A stretch of 64,000 nt of DNA from Octopus vulgaris (lineage: Eukaryota), in assembly GCA_951406725.2 (NCBI GenBank), contig OX597817.1:101246001-101310000 (forward strand), given 5' to 3'. Of the stretch, positions 27,213-42,852 are shown in pieces; the stretch's first letter is position 1, and each line of letters starts with the position of its first letter. Made by a program: the position numbers and the translations under genes. The notes under the pieces are model-generated. The model did no database searches. It had not been told where the DNA came from and worked only from the letters and a program-made list of their open reading frames with translations.

Positions 27213-27215
<3 letters not shown>
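25951..27215 (-). mobile_element. Tc1-family DNA transposon with frameshifted transposase
   Basis: TIRs CAGGGGTTGGACAAAATAAT / ATTATTTTTCCAACCCCCCTG. Motifs ILSDE, PTVKHGGGS, FQDDNAP and WPPQTPDLSIIE (DDE). Inserted in (TA)n. Confidence 0.93.
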
Positions 27216-27307
<92 letters not shown>

Positions 27308-27309
<2 letters not shown>

Positions 27310-27460
27310 AATAGTTATCGCCAAGCTAATATGGCAGTCCATAAATATAGGACGAACGGTAGCTTTCGTCCTATATTTATGGACTGCCATATTAGCTTGG
27401 CGATAACTATTAATGTCTAGTACCGCTGCCGTAGTCTCCTTTAGAGAGACTTAGAAATTA

Positions 27461-27463
<3 letters not shown>
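27308..27463. mobile_element. Foldback (49-bp perfect arms) plus tail, related to the 362-bp monomer
   Basis: Arms 27308-27356 and 27365-27413. GCCATATTAG..TGGCGATAACTATTAA..CGCTGCCGT..TTTAGAGAGACTTAG is shared with 11955-12023. Confidence 0.85.
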
Positions 27464-27520
<57 letters not shown>

Positions 27521-27527
<7 letters not shown>

Positions 27528-27785
27528 ATAAAGGCTCTTGGGTTAGGCCAGAACAATGCGAAGTAGATGCAAGGCAAATCACAAAAAAACAACAAATATA
27601 TGAATTACCTTTTAGTCAATATTTCGAGGTCATGATCCCATTTCAATATATAAGTCATGGTAAATCTATATCAATTTATATATTTGTTTTATTGTGATTT
27701 GCCTTGCATTTACTTCGCATTGCTCTGGCCTTACCCACGATCCTTTATACAATATATTCTACACAATTCTTCGTAGTACTTATTC

Positions 27786-27787
<2 letters not shown>
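27521..27787. mobile_element. Foldback element (~80-bp imperfect inverted arms) in (TA)n
   Basis: 27521-27601 pairs with 27677-27755. Confidence 0.75.
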
Positions 27788-27826
<39 letters not shown>

Positions 27827-27892
27827 TATCATAATATAAATAATATATATATATATGTATATGTACATACGTATATGTACATACATCTATAC

Positions 27893-27942
<50 letters not shown>

Positions 27943-28630
27943 GCATATGTGTGCACAGGACGTCACGAAACGTGTACAACAAAAAAGTTCGAAGCATGAG
28001 TACATGGAACATGAACTATTCTTTCGAAAAAGGAAAAACACAAATGGAACACAAAACAAATAACATAAGGAACGACCCTTCATCAGTTGTTGGCTGCTTT
28101 TCCAGTTTCGTATTTCGAGCATTTAACAACAATATACGCTTTCGATAAAACAGTTGCTCCCGCAAAGCAAATTAAATAAAATTTGGGATTTTGTGGAGAG
28201 TCAAAATTAGTAACACAAACAGGAAGGGCTGCTAAACCTAGACGATGTTGTGGCGAATGCGTAAATCAAGCTAAGACAGGAGACAAAATAAGAACACGAC
28301 TTCCTTGTTCCAGTTACAACGTAGAGAAAAAAGATGGCCGATAGTCACGTGGAAGCCACGTGAGCAAGAGAGGTGGAGTGAGGGAGAGAGTGAGACAGAG
28401 TAATAGGATAGAATAGAGGGAGAAGAGGAGGTAAAAGAATAAGAGAGAGAAAAAGAGAAACGAAAGAGTAAAAACATCGTATACAGTGCGCATCAGATTT
28501 ATTAAGATAAAACTTACTTGGAAAATGAGGTGTGGCATTGAATCATATAATAATGTATTATACATAGATATATGCATACATACATACGTTTATGTACATA
28601 CTTACATATACACATACATACATATATACA

Positions 28631-28776
<146 letters not shown>

Positions 28777-28826
28777 TATACATATATATATGTATATAGG
28801 TATATATATGTATGTATGTATGTATG

Positions 28827-28904
<78 letters not shown>

Positions 28905-30379
28905 TATAAACATACACACACATTAAATATATACCGGAGTAAGCACACAGATGTAAAAAAAGGTGGAAAAAAGAGTACTCAAATACCAGTGATTAGAGTA
29001 ATATGCTTTATTTAAAACCTACAGAAATATGTTATATTTCTGCTGCTTTTAAATAAAGTATATATATATATAATTCGAAATGCCAGCATCATATATCCAC
29101 CACGGCTGATCTTCTCAGCATATATATACAATATCAAGGATTCGGGAGAGAATCAGGTACTTAAATGATTGGTACCATGTTGGGTCGAATTAACTTGTAA
29201 ACACCACCTTTACTCGAATACATATGATGGGTACTGAAGTACATCCAGTAAAATATTCAGGTTATGTATATAGAGAATCAAACTCTAACGCGTATTGAAC
29301 GCGTAAAGGTTGGTCCAAAGTGCACGTTGTGTTGGTAGCACGGTATTTGCGACGGATTAAGTATCCCTTTTGGTGTACTATAATCAAATGAATAAATAAC
29401 AAACGATAGATAAATGTCATTTCATTACAGCAGTTTCTAACGTATTTTTTAATAGATGAATGAATACATCACATCATAACAAAAAAACAGTTTCATGGGA
29501 TGATACATAGAATTCTAAACAATATAATTAAAATCTATGACTGCAGTAGGAACACAATTAGACTCCATGCCTGCTTGGGTTGGTCTAGTCTCGACCAACG
29601 CTTTTAAGTAGGAATCGAAATCTGAATGTAGATTAGATTCCCAAAGTCATCAAAATTCTAATAAGACAACTGCTACATGGAAAATTAGCTAATATTTAAT
29701 TCAAAGGGATAACTCACTGAATATAGTTTTGGTATAATTTATTATAAAATATTACAATAAATGCATTTACGTAGAAATATGCTTTTGCGTATTTTGAAAT
29801 ATTTTTTCCCGAAACCGACCTCAAAAGCCTACACCAAGCAATTGCGCGCCATTTATTTGGTGATACATACAAATACGATAAAATTATGCCATCAAAAAAT
29901 AGCTTGAATGGAGTAGATATGAAATTTACATCATATCTGACATTAAAACTTTAAAAAAAATACGGACCACACATCTCAAAATGTATTTCCTTTCTTTTTT
30001 TCTCTTTCTTTTTAGCAAACAAACTGTAAAATCACTATTTACTTATGCATCGATGATGGGTGGGATTTGTTTCTTTACTAGGAGCTAACAAACCTAGAAT
30101 ATCAGTTTAATTTTCAAACTCTTTCGTCAAAACTGAAGGAAGAAATACCTCTTTGCAAGCTCAGTTGGTAGAGCAACAGACATTGGAGATAACCGGAGTG
30201 TCACGAGTTCGAGGCTAATTATGAGTGTATGTTCGTGCATAGACGCAAATATGTCTGAACCCACATGGTTCTTAGCACCTTGCATGCGTGTCTTTTACTG
30301 TAGCCTCGGGCCGACCAGTTTCGTGATTGAATTTGGTAGACGGAAACTGAAAGAAGTTCAATATGTGTGTGTTTATGTA

Positions 30380-30460
<81 letters not shown>

Positions 30461-33400
30461 ATGTGTCTTTGGGCCCTTGTTTGTCTCTTAGCACCGCTTG
30501 ACAACGGGTGTTGATGTATTTACATCTTCGTAAGCTAGCGGTTTGGCAAAACATACCGATATAGGATTGAAAAAATAGGTACTGGAGTCGATTCGCCAAG
30601 GCGGAGCCCCAGCATAGCCGCAGCCTGATGACCGAAACAAGTAAAAAAGAAAACAAATAGAGATCTTGTGTATGAAATAGCAAGTTGTTATATAAAACTG
30701 CTTTAAAAAATGAAGAGCTATTGTGTATAATGTATTTTCGTAAAATGACCCAACATTGTCATGAACAGACCGCTGATGGTGAGAACGTTTTATTTCTGAA
30801 GAGAAATGTAAATGAAAAACAAGGGATACTTAGAAGTTATATTATAATATACAAGACACTAGTGAGTTGTATTCTTCTATCACTGAAACTATCCGATTCT
30901 GTGTGCGTGTATGTCTGCGTTTTGTGCGCGTGTATGTCTGCCTTTTGTGTGCGTGTGTGTCTGTGTTTTGTGTGTGGGGGGAATAGTGTGCGTGCGGATG
31001 GTGTGTGGTTTGTATGCATATTATGTAACGTACAGAAATTGTATTACCTTAAATAAAATGATGATACCTTAAACAAAAGGGAACTCGTATTATGACTAGA
31101 TAGATGTTTTTTGTACTTCTTTACAATACACGATCTTAGAAGAAAGCCTAATTTCACGATCAGTAGTATATAAGATTATTGATAGTCGACAGAAGGTGTC
31201 TGCTAAGATACATGTATCAAACGATGACAGATAATTTCGAATGCAACCTATATGAGCTTCAGGGACACTTGCACTTAACAGCACTTGCGGCATCAGTTTT
31301 CTGAACCGTAATACTACATAACCGTAATAACCGTAATACTAAATAACAGATTCTGATGCAATAGCACACTTTTCATATTGTCCATTGTTAAAACTGTATT
31401 CCAATAATCCACACTTAGATGCATGCCTACCAATAACCAAGAGTAGATGGAAATGGGGAAATATCGAGCCATTTGAATGTAGTCCGGCTGGGATACCACA
31501 TAAAAGATTTTAATCGACTTCAGTCGTCCCAGTAATTTTTCTCGTGCCTATTTTATGGACCGACGAAAGGGCCAAATGTTAAAGTGTGATGGACGAAAAA
31601 AGAGGCAATCAAAGCGAACCGAAATACCACAGTTTTTCGTTTGACTCGTACAGACGCGTGCACATCCATCCAACGGCGTCCATACGACTTCCGTGAACCA
31701 AATTTCTGTCACAAATATTTGGTTCACTGTATACTATGGCACAAGATGTTGTTTACTAGGGTGACATGGTTGTGAAATGAATTTCAGTACTACACTTCCG
31801 TACATGAAACATTATATTAACTTCTTAGTACAAAAATACAAAAATATCAATGAAATAGTGAAAAATGAAAGCTAATGGAACAGATGGTTTGTCGGAATCA
31901 TCATAATTCAGTATAATGACTAGAATCTAAATGATGGCGGTATGTAAATCTTAAGAATCGTGGACGTTGTTCTTGTTTAGTCCCTTATTGGCCAAACCTA
32001 TGACTTATTGTCTGCAAGCACAATATATTACCAAATATATCTTTTCATTTGTAAGAAATGTAGGATGTGATTCTGAAGAATATTCATTTGAGATTATTAG
32101 CAAGCCGAGTGACTGCGAATAGGTTCCCTAGATGTATAGTGTATGTTGTGTTTTCGAGATCGCCATTTTTCATTTATCGAATTATTTCAAATAGAAATCT
32201 GAATAAAAAATTACCAAACTTGAATACTATCAATATTTCATATTAAAGGAATATGGTCAATCGAATCAATTCCTGGTATTTTATAATGAGATGAAATGTA
32301 AAGCCTATCCCACCAAAATTTGAACTCAGAATGTAAAGAAGCAAATGTAAATGTTGGATGATAATTAGTTTGAAATTTTTCTTTCATTTCCAAATATAAC
32401 TGTCGTTATAAATCTGTGTAGCGTCCAACAATATATTCTGTTTGATGTCGAGTCTCTTGCATCGCCTGTGTGAGAACTCACAGTGGAAATAATTATGATT
32501 TTGGCATTCTACAGAAAAGAGTAAAAAATGAAAATGAAAATGAAAACATTATGAAGTTAACCAATGTAAAACAAATTAAGATCATTAAATTGAAATATGC
32601 AAAACCAAAGGAAAGAAAAATTTGCAAAACACATTTCCAAATGAAAAAAGGAAAGAAACAACATTAAAAATGTATTATTGGATAAAAGAACGGGAAAAAA
32701 ATTTAATTATTAAGAAATTTGAATTAAGAAAAAAGAATATTAAATTGTAAAAAGGATGGACGGATATTAAAAGCCTTACGTGCAAAATATACTGGTATAT
32801 TAACATGAGATTGAATATAATAATTGCATCTAAAAACTATAAGACAAAGAAAACAAGTAATTGTAAAAGTCTGTAACTGAAACTATGAGTTTTTTGAGAT
32901 TAATGAAAAATTCAGGCAATTCTTTATGTTTGTAGTTAAGTATATATGAAGAGTTTCCAACATGAGTTTCCAAATTCTAGTTGATTAATAGTATACTTCC
33001 CATATTATGGATTTGCAATACTCTGAAAAATGGTTACATATTAAAAACAAAAAAAAAACAAAATCAACTTTCATCAAGACTGAAATTGTACCGGGTGAAT
33101 TTCGTAGCTTACTACCCTTAGTTGGTCTTCATATTATTCAAACGTAAACTGTGTTTGGTGCTTAACTAAATAGATAATTGAGAATACAGGTTATTAAGTT
33201 GAGTGTATTTGTTGAATGTTCTATTAGCAGTGTCTTCTTTAGTTTCTCTCATAGCCCCGTTACTTTCAAATTTAGTGTCTGTGAGTTTCCAGTTTCTCAT
33301 CTGCGTTTGTAAAGATTGATTTTGGTCTTGAAGTAATTATGTTTATTAAAAAAAAAAAATTTCTCAACCACATTCATTGTTTTGTGATTCACGAATTTAT

Positions 33401-33942
33401 TACTGGAAAAAAAGGAAATAAATCATCTTTTTTTTTGTATATAAATAGTTTTGTAAATCATGTATACTACGTAGAACAATTACATAGATATATGTCTTAC
33501 ACATTATCTAACTTCTCTTCTTATAGCGACCAAATCTCAATGACAGAACATAATTCGATTGCATACGAATATATTTACTTAGATACTGTCCAGTTGTCTC
33601 ATTTTCAGGCGTTTCAGTAATCGCCAACGTGGAACTCAGTTATGATTCACGAAATCGCCAGCCTCTAATAAGATGCATAAACTCTATGTAGAGATACTTT
33701 TATTTTATTTGTAAACACGATTCATATAAGTGTATATATTAAAAACTGGATGAAAGAATACATTCCATTGTTTTATTAATGTTTTGAACGTATATAATTG
33801 TTTGGCATCCATATGAATAAAGAATAATGCATAAATAAATAAACTTCTAATAAATGACAAAGATCAATTCAAGCAATGAAAATAATATATTTTATTGTTG
33901 AAGTAGACTTTTATATAAAATACTGACATCTGCATATATATC

Positions 33943-33991
<49 letters not shown>

Positions 33992-34657
33992 CATTTTCTA
34001 GAACAGCGTTAGACGGGAAATAAGAGAAAAAATAACACTAAGTTAGCCGAACCACATGTTTACCACTTGCCGCGCGACCACGTAGCTTGCAGTTAATAGC
34101 AAATGTTTTCTGCTAATTCTGTCATCAAAATTGCTAGATGAATAAAATACACTGCTTGTTTGAACTCTAGAATATGATAAAAAGTTACTTTAACGTATAA
34201 TGATGATACACGCACACATACACACATACGCATACACACAAACACACACGCACACACAAACACTCACACACACACGTACACACACACACACACTCACACA
34301 CACGCACTCACACATAGGTACGTGTGTAAATTTGAGTTTTTAATATAGCATGTCTATGAAAAATATTTATCTTTGACAAAAACCACAGCATCGTGTCTGT
34401 CAACAGTATATGATATTAAACAGTCAGTTTAATGCGGTTTCGATTACGGATACCGAGTTTTTATTAATCCCGGAGACTATGCGCAATATCGGTGAATGTA
34501 TTATTCACTGTATAGGCATGCGACTCGTGAGTACGCGTTATTGACAAAGCCCACGCAAGGTAAAATGCATCAGTTCGGTACACTGTACGTGTGAGTGTGT
34601 GTGTAAGTGTTTGTGTATTTATATATATATACATCTACGCACACACACACACATATA

Positions 34658-34722
<65 letters not shown>

Positions 34723-34844
34723 TCAAAGTAGTTTATATCTTTTTTCAGTAGAAATTACACATATCGCAAATATTATTTTTTACCTATTTTCATGCTACAG
34801 GTAAAAGAGACAGACCAGTGCAGACCCACACGCAGACACGCACG

Positions 34845-34929
<85 letters not shown>

Positions 34930-35311
34930 ACACATGCAATAACCATTTATGTTATAAGTACTTAGTTTTCCTATTCACGGAATTGTCTCAAGGTATTAAC
35001 ATCAAATTTCAGTGAAATTACTGCCTTAGATCACACAATACTGAGGTAAAGTATCTTTTGATGGTTGAATTGAAGTTATTTGTGGTTTTCATATGATTTA
35101 AGTAGGAAGTGATAATTATAATTTAATAAAGAAAAAATTTATATATACTATTTCGACAGATAAATTTTGCAGAACATTTTTGCTGTAATGAGTAGAGAAG
35201 TCGCCATGCAAACTACATATACGTGATTCGCCTATGTTACGTCTAATTACAATATATGCGTGCGCGTGTTTTTTGTGGTGTATGTATGTAAAAATGAAAT
35301 ATTAATTTCAA

Positions 35312-35518
35312 ATTGGGACACAAGTCCATCAAGTTTGGGGGGAGGGGGTAAATCGATTATATCGACCCAAGTGCTCAATTGGTACTTATTTTATCGACTT
35401 CGAAGGGATGAAAGGTAAAGTCGACCTTGACGCAATTTGAAGTCAGAACGTAAAGACGGACGAGATGCCGTTAAGCATTTTGCCCGGAGTACAAACGATT
35501 CTGCCAGCTCGCTGCCTT
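35312..35518 (-). mobile_element. tRNA-derived SINE (family A) just 3' of the VWA gene stop codon
   Basis: Reverse complement of the family A head and core. Confidence 0.85.
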
Positions 35519-35566
35519 AATGAGCAATGAGATATTAATAGCATTATTATCAATTATGAATATTTA

Positions 35567-36105
35567 TTAAGATAGATTTAGTAATGGTCTAAAATAAAAT
35601 GGTGTATTTCTGGCCTTGTTTAACATGTCTTCGTATGTTGGGACTTGAAGTATATGACAATTTAAAGATTTTAATATGAGATGTTGTGGCATAAGATTAT
35701 ATCCAATATTGACTAAAAATATTTTACAATTAAGTTTTCTCAATTTACCGATTTCTTCAATGATATTAGGTGTGATAATATTTACAGATGAGTCAAAATA
35801 AATAACAACGTTGAAATGATCAGTACTCCTATTATTTAAATCTAGTTTTGATTGTATCGTCTGAGACATTTTGGAGATAACGGCTTCAAGATTAGAAACG
35901 TTTTTAGCAGTGTTAGTTACATTCAGTTTAGTTTCTGAGTGTATTGGGGTGAGTGGAATGCTGAAAGTCTGTGGGCAATATGGAAGTGCTACGATTTCGA
36001 AAGCTCCATATCCAGTATACGGGAGAAGAATCCTTATGAACTGATTGATCATTTTACCTCGGAGTGCTCCTATCGATAACAAATCGTAACCAAAACAAAC
36101 AGCAT
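35567..36105 (-). CDS. Last coding exon of the VWA-domain gene; degenerate VWA-like domain
   Basis: Acceptor TTTTCTTTACAG. Phase-1 entry continues as (N)AVCFGYDLLSIG..VVIYFD..KIFLVNIG..NLS* with no internal stop. Confidence 0.8.
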
Positions 36106-36460
36106 CTGTAAAGAAAATTGTTATATATTAGAAAAAGGTAAAACATCAGAAGTAAAACATGCATAAAGATTTAATAGTTTTAATAACAGCAGTGATATCT
36201 ATATACTGAGATAAAGGTTCTATGCACAGGTATTTAATCTTAAAAATCTGTGAGGATAGAATACTTTCCATCATATTTTTTTTATTTTAAAGTTTTTCCT
36301 AAACAAAAAAGTTTTGTGTTCATCTTCCCGACGCTATCTCTAGATGAAATAGCAACGTAACAGCCATTTTATTGTAAGATAGTATCGTGGAAACACTATG
36401 GTATTTGATTCTTAATCATTATCCCCTGACCTTATATTTTAGAACGTGAAATCAAATCTT

Positions 36461-36541
<81 letters not shown>

Positions 36542-37814
36542 TTGTCTGTCTGTCTATATACATATGCACACATATTTACATATATAAATATGTATGTGTG
36601 CTCATACTGTCATAAACAGCATAAGCAGATTCGCTAGGTTAAATTATTTCTTTGTACATCATAGCCAAATACAATATCTACAATCGCCCAGAGAGAAGAG
36701 AAGATGAAAGAAGTTAAGAATTAAATGACCATTGACACTGTAAAATATCCTTACATCAATCTTTCCCGAGAAGTGTCATACAAGCATGAAATACTAAATC
36801 AACTCTATTTCAACAAAATCTCTAATCGATTCGGACATCAAAAATTTGATACTGGTTCCCAGATATATCTATCATTTCACTGGCTTCACATCAACATTTT
36901 ACGTGGGAAAATGCCACCCATTTTAATTTTAACTTCAATGTAATGTAATAAATAGTTCCTTCTGCCAAAGATTGAAACTTGTTCTCAAAATAGTGCAAGT
37001 GCCAGGCATAATATATTGTCGCAAGTGTCGAAAATAGACCTCTTTTAGTAATATTAAAGTTAGATACATATTTCTTTACAATCGCGTTCCTTTTTATCTG
37101 TAGGAGTCATGTAAAAACAATATCATTAAAATCTACTTAATCCAAGACAGCTATTATTTAATTACACTTGAGTCTTTGGGGAGAATCTACTAGTTCAAAG
37201 AGCTCAATGTTATATGTAATAATACCATAACTATATCTGAATATTTTGTGAAGAAATTTTCTCAAGAATAAAACGTATAATAGACATATTCGTATTTCGA
37301 TAACATCTGATCCTTGTGACATGCATGGAGAACACAATAACAACGAAGAGGAATTAAAAACAAATACTAAACAGACGAAATTATTTACTCTTGAATATAA
37401 AATTAAGAACACATGTTTAGAAACATATACAAGTTAAAACCACCACAGGAGACTTTTCAAATATTGTGCATAGAGAAAGCAAGGACAAGAAATACTCGTG
37501 GGCTTTTAGTCCCTCTACTAATATGAAAACTTCAGTTTGTAAAAGCAAAGCATATGTTCATAAAAATAAATGTTTGCTTCCAAAAGGAATGGCCGAATGT
37601 AAACGGGGAATATTTTCATGTGGCACTGGTGACATTTATTCCACTCTTGAAAGAAGCAGAAGCACAAAAATGTTTTAGGAAGTGAGATAAGCCAAAGAAG
37701 GATATCTATATCGTTCTTTTCATAAGCCCTGAATACAACAGAAAAGACTACAGCCGAACGTGAAACGTGTGCTATTCTTGAGTGTGTAAGTTATGTCATC
37801 ATTTACAAATGTAT

Positions 37815-38500
37815 GCAGTCGGTCATATGCCTTTTCTAGGTCCATATAGGTCCAATACACTTCCCTCTTTTTTGCCAAAAACTTCTCACACATATGTCTT
37901 ACTATAAATATTTGATCTATACACCGACTTCCATTCCTAAAACTGTACTTCTTCTCCCCTAGTACACTCTCTGGCTGGTTCCTCACCCTAACAATCAGAA
38001 TTCTCCCATACAGTTTAACAACCATACACAGCAGACTTATACCCCTAAAATTTCCACACTCACATTTATCCCATTTTCCCTTATACAGTGGCACTATACA
38101 GGCACTGCAGCACTCCTTTGGTACTCTTCCAGCCATATAACAAACATTCATAAGCCCCATTAACCATTCAACCACTCTCACTCCTCTTTTCTGTGGGCAT
38201 TCTACTGTACACCCATCTATACCTGGTGTCTTCCGGTTTGCCATCTTCCGCAAGGATTCCCTCACCTCCTCTCTTCCAATTGTACCGTAATTCCATTCCC
38301 CAACAACAGGCACTCTCCTCTCTCCTCCTATTTGCCTCACTAAAATCCTCCACATTTAACAGCTCACTAAAAAATACTCTGCCCACAGCCTTCGTACATC
38401 CTCACTTCCTTTCGACAAATTTCCATTTACGGCTTTCACCCTTTCTTCCTTTCCTCCGACCAACTCTCTTATCCTCTGTACCACTTTCCAACACGTCTTT
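37815..38500 (-). mobile_element. RTE-like LINE RT fragment (intronic)
   Basis: KTPGIDG, IVPLYKGK, NFRGISLL and YMDLEKAYDR. Confidence 0.88.
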
Positions 38501-40627
38501 TTATATAAAAGAACTAAAGAATAAATAACACTTATGGAGCAATTCCAAAAAAGTTATATCACAAGAAGTCTTCTTATTGAATCTAAAATATCTCTTTAGT
38601 GATGTATCATTTTCTTTGTACTAACTTAACTGCAGTACTGTAAATACAAGAACCAATTCTAACTTTCTGTAATTTCACTGCTCTTAGAATTATCAGATTG
38701 TATTAGTGTATATGTGTTTTGACAATTAAGGGAAGGAACTTATCAACCAAGACACGGCAATATCTATCAGAGAGAGAGAGAGAGAGAAAGAGGGTGGGTG
38801 TGTTGCTGACGTTGCTTGTTGTTATTGTATCTGTTCCCCTACAAATAGGTAATGATTATCTATATTCTTCGATTAATAATCGTAGATGTTTGCATATTTT
38901 CGAGTAACGGCCTCTCAGAACGTAGCGATAAATACTTAGATAGTTTCATTGATGCTTTTTCAGCTTTTCTTGGCTTTTTCAATGAGAGGATGGAAAATTG
39001 CAAGTTTGCATGGTTTAGAGATTTGCGGATAACACAAAGGGATGGTAATGATGATAAAAAGCTGTTGTAACTTGAGTAATATAGTTTGTTAAGATACAGA
39101 GCTTTACTGTCTTTTACGGAAGTTCATCGTGAAAGCGACTTTGTTGTATTGTTCATGAAAGTATTCTTGCCAGACAATTCAAATTTGGTATCTAAACACA
39201 TTCCTATATCTTATTTTTGATTTTTAAAACATAGTGACAAAAAAGATTACTGAGTGAGTAATTCTTTACTCAATGAGTAATTACTTAGAAAGAAAGAGTA
39301 AGCCGAACTGTAAAATCAAAATCATCTTTGCTCAAATCGGATATCTTCTGTTCGAAAGGGTGCAATTTCTACTAGTATATTCTTACAATTCAAGTGAGTA
39401 TGCCAAATTCCGAGGAAGATAAGAATACTGTGAGTCAAGCGTGCAGAGAACTAATGTCAGATAAAGTCTTATATGGTATACAGGACTGTTCAAATCATAA
39501 CATTTATGAATGCCTGCCGTGAGAAGAATATAATAAATACAAGTGGAAGACACAAGGACGACATCTCAGTATCGGGATGACCTAAATGGTCAACAGTTTT
39601 ACAATAAATTTCTCATCGTTTGAATAAGTGAGTTGATCTATGATCAGAAGTTTTTCAGTAATGACTACTGCATTCCTATGCAGTTATCATGTACTTGGCA
39701 TTATAGTATCGAATATATAATTTCTGAAGATGGAAGGGTGTAATTTGAGAGACATTTGGCTACTAGTTCTAACAGATCATAAACTCCTTCAAATAGCTTT
39801 TGTGTAGTTGAAAATCAACTCTGATAGTGCAAATTTATAATCAAGGACTTCTGACCTTGGCATCTCACCTTTTACCACACACAGTGTATCTAGGTCTAAA
39901 ATATCCAATGAGCCGCCTCTTCATTTTTCAAAAACAAATGGTTGGCTGTTTCCAACAGTCTGACGGACGCGAATAATCTCCTTCTCAGAATTACTTTTTA
40001 CAAGTTTTCAAATGAGCAGAAAAAAAAACGTCATGTGTAGTGAGGTCGATAACTCTTGGTCGAGGTCGACAACTCTTGGTCAATCTAAATATTTGGTTAG
40101 TTCTATAAAAACACTGGTATCTACGCTATCTAGCCAGAGCTACGAAATGGAGCATGACATTCGTTCGGAGACCAGTGATAATGTCAGAGATGATTACAAC
40201 ATTACTTTAGACTGAATAATAGCGTTAACTTTTAGACGATTACATTACTACAATAATATATACAATGTATGTATGCTTGTGTGTATGTATGTGTTTGTGT
40301 ATGTGCATTATGTATATATGTATTGTTTATCTAAGAATGTGTTTTATGACTACACATGCGAATATGTTCGCGAGTCATTGTATCTGAATATGTGTATGAG
40401 CACATGTGTATGAGTGAGGAATGGGAGCGACAGAGATTGTGCGTAGTTAAGAACGATTATTAACAACACAGTCTCACGTGTAGATATGCGTAGTTTTAAT
40501 GCTTACTGTCTCAAACCAATGTTGTTTTTACTAACATTGCCATTTTGGCTGTTTACATTTCCCTTTTTTTCTCTTTTCTTTCTCATCCCTCCATCCTCTT
40601 TCTCTTTCTCTATTAATCACTTTATAC

Positions 40628-40716
<89 letters not shown>

Positions 40717-40738
40717 TACACATATATGTATATGTATT

Positions 40739-40842
<104 letters not shown>

Positions 40843-40975
40843 GTTTATATATTTATTGTGCAAGATTTTTTATATATTTATATATGTCTGTATATATATA
40901 TATATATATATATTCATCGACCTTTCTCTTTCATTGTATGGCACTATTTAAGTACCCAAGGTTATATCTACTTAC

Positions 40976-41014
40976 TTCTTTCGTCTCTTAGCATTGGCTC
41001 CGTTGCTGCGGAAA
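40976..41014 (-). CDS. 39-nt micro-exon of the VWA gene, (V)[12 protein letters not shown]
   Basis: TTTTATTTTCTTTCAG acceptor and GTAAGT donor. Phase 1-1 and open in the frame linking the flanking exons. Confidence 0.75.
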
Positions 41015-42041
41015 CTGAAAGAAAATAAAACAAAATATTACGTTTATATCAAGAATATTTAAAACTCTGTTTTAAACTGTTTTTCTTCTTTTCTCATTTG
41101 CTCGTTTTTAATCATAAATGTACATGTTTTTAATATTGATCAGGTTTGAAGCCATGGAAACCATTTGGTATTCAAGTTCATTTGGGATCACATTGTATTG
41201 ACTACTGGAACAACTATTTCTCAGTCTCCTGTTTCAATCTTCATTAGTTGCATTCCTTTAAAATGAAATGCAATAGCATTGCAGTGTATAGATTTTCAGA
41301 CACTGGTAATACATTTTCTTTTAACTATGTATATTTTCAATTATACTGCAATATAATGTCTTCCATATAATGTCTTCCATATAATGTCTTCAAAATGTCT
41401 AAAGAGCCTACCAGTGTCAGATAATAACTATAGTTTCCTGTAGGAAAAGTGAAATACACCATACTGAATTTGATTAAACTTCTATCTCGTAGACAATCCA
41501 ATTTTCTTCTTCAAATCCTAATTAACATATGTACAGGCAACTCTTTCTAAACTTTTTAAGGTCATTTCTGGGTTATTTTTCTTCATCAGCACAGAACAAT
41601 TATTCTGCCGAACAATTATTTTGTGCTGATGAAGATAAATAACCCATAAATCACGATACACAGGTTTTGTTTTGAGCTGAGTAGGGTTGCTAGATTCCCT
41701 TGTTCGAAAATATAAGGACACAGATCGTGTCGTATAGCCAGCTGGAGACGATGTCTCCTGGGGCTAAATTACAGCAACGTTGATTCTAAATCAGGACTGC
41801 CATGTTATGTTGGCAAACAATCTTTACTGCATAAATTCCTGACAAAGAAAATACTTTTATATCAGAATTGAAGTAAACATCAGTCGACAAGAGTTAAGCT
41901 GTTGAAAACCGACGATAGCATTCTTTCAAATCACAGCTGAATCCATTTCAATTCGTTTATGCTAATAGCTCTTGACATATATCACAATCCTCACTCCTTT
42001 CTCCTACACATATAAAAGATTAAAATCGTTGATGAACGTAC

Positions 42042-42077
42042 CTGTGGACATACTGGCTGTTGGTAATATCGGTATAT
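42042..42077 (-). CDS. 36-nt micro-exon of the VWA gene, (D)IPILPTASMST
   Basis: TCCTTCTTGACAG acceptor and GTACGT donor. Phase 1-1, open, linker-like peptide. Confidence 0.7.
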
Positions 42078-42732
42078 CTGTCAAGAAGGAATAGCAAAAT
42101 CATTATGAAAGGGAAATTAAAAGACAATAATGCATGCTAGAATCTTTTCTCTTCTTCTTGGAAATTCTGTCATAAACAATGATTGAGTAATACTTAATTA
42201 TAAACGATAAACACAGTCAATTACATAAAAAAGTCATCATATATATGTAACGCAGGAGCTGTGTTTTGGGAGATACTATATATTAAATGTTTAATTGTGA
42301 AATTAAGTTACATAATGGAAAAGTTAAATAAGTTATATATTTGGAAAAGAAAAAGGATGGAATACATAACGGTTAAAGAGTCAGACATTAAAAGAAATAC
42401 CTGAAAAATCGGAAACGCTAATTTTAACGAATGTTTACCCCGTCTTATAAATACAACCAGCGATGGGATAGGTTCTTCTAGGTTAAGTTAAAACAAACCT
42501 CTATGTAGTTGACCAATCTGCAAGTAATAACAGCCAAATAACGCCCCATTTGTTTTCTAAATGGAAGAATATGTTGGATGATTGAAAAGAATGGATGGTC
42601 ATGACCAGAATACCTTTTACAAAGGGCTGACTCCGGTTAAAACACGTATAAATATAGTACTAGAAGACCAACTGACTCTTACATGATCCTTTTAGAATCT
42701 ACTCGACGATGACACACAGCATTAATATCAAT

Positions 42733-42816
<84 letters not shown>

Positions 42817-42852
42817 GTATGTATATGTATATGTATATGTATATATATGTAT

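Noticed and set aside
28076-28121. Minus-strand CTGATGAAGGG with an upstream CTCGAAA (possible permuted hammerhead)
   Set aside because: Stems I and III could not be paired convincingly in this copy.
29424-29480. Possible decayed hammerhead on the minus strand (GATGTATT/AATACGTT, GAAAC)
   Set aside because: The first core box is too degenerate to support a call.
30158-30216. tRNA-like sequence (AGCTCAGTTGGTAGAGC..GTTCGAGG)
   Set aside because: A and B boxes are present but there is no complete cloverleaf. Likely a SINE head or tRNA pseudogene.
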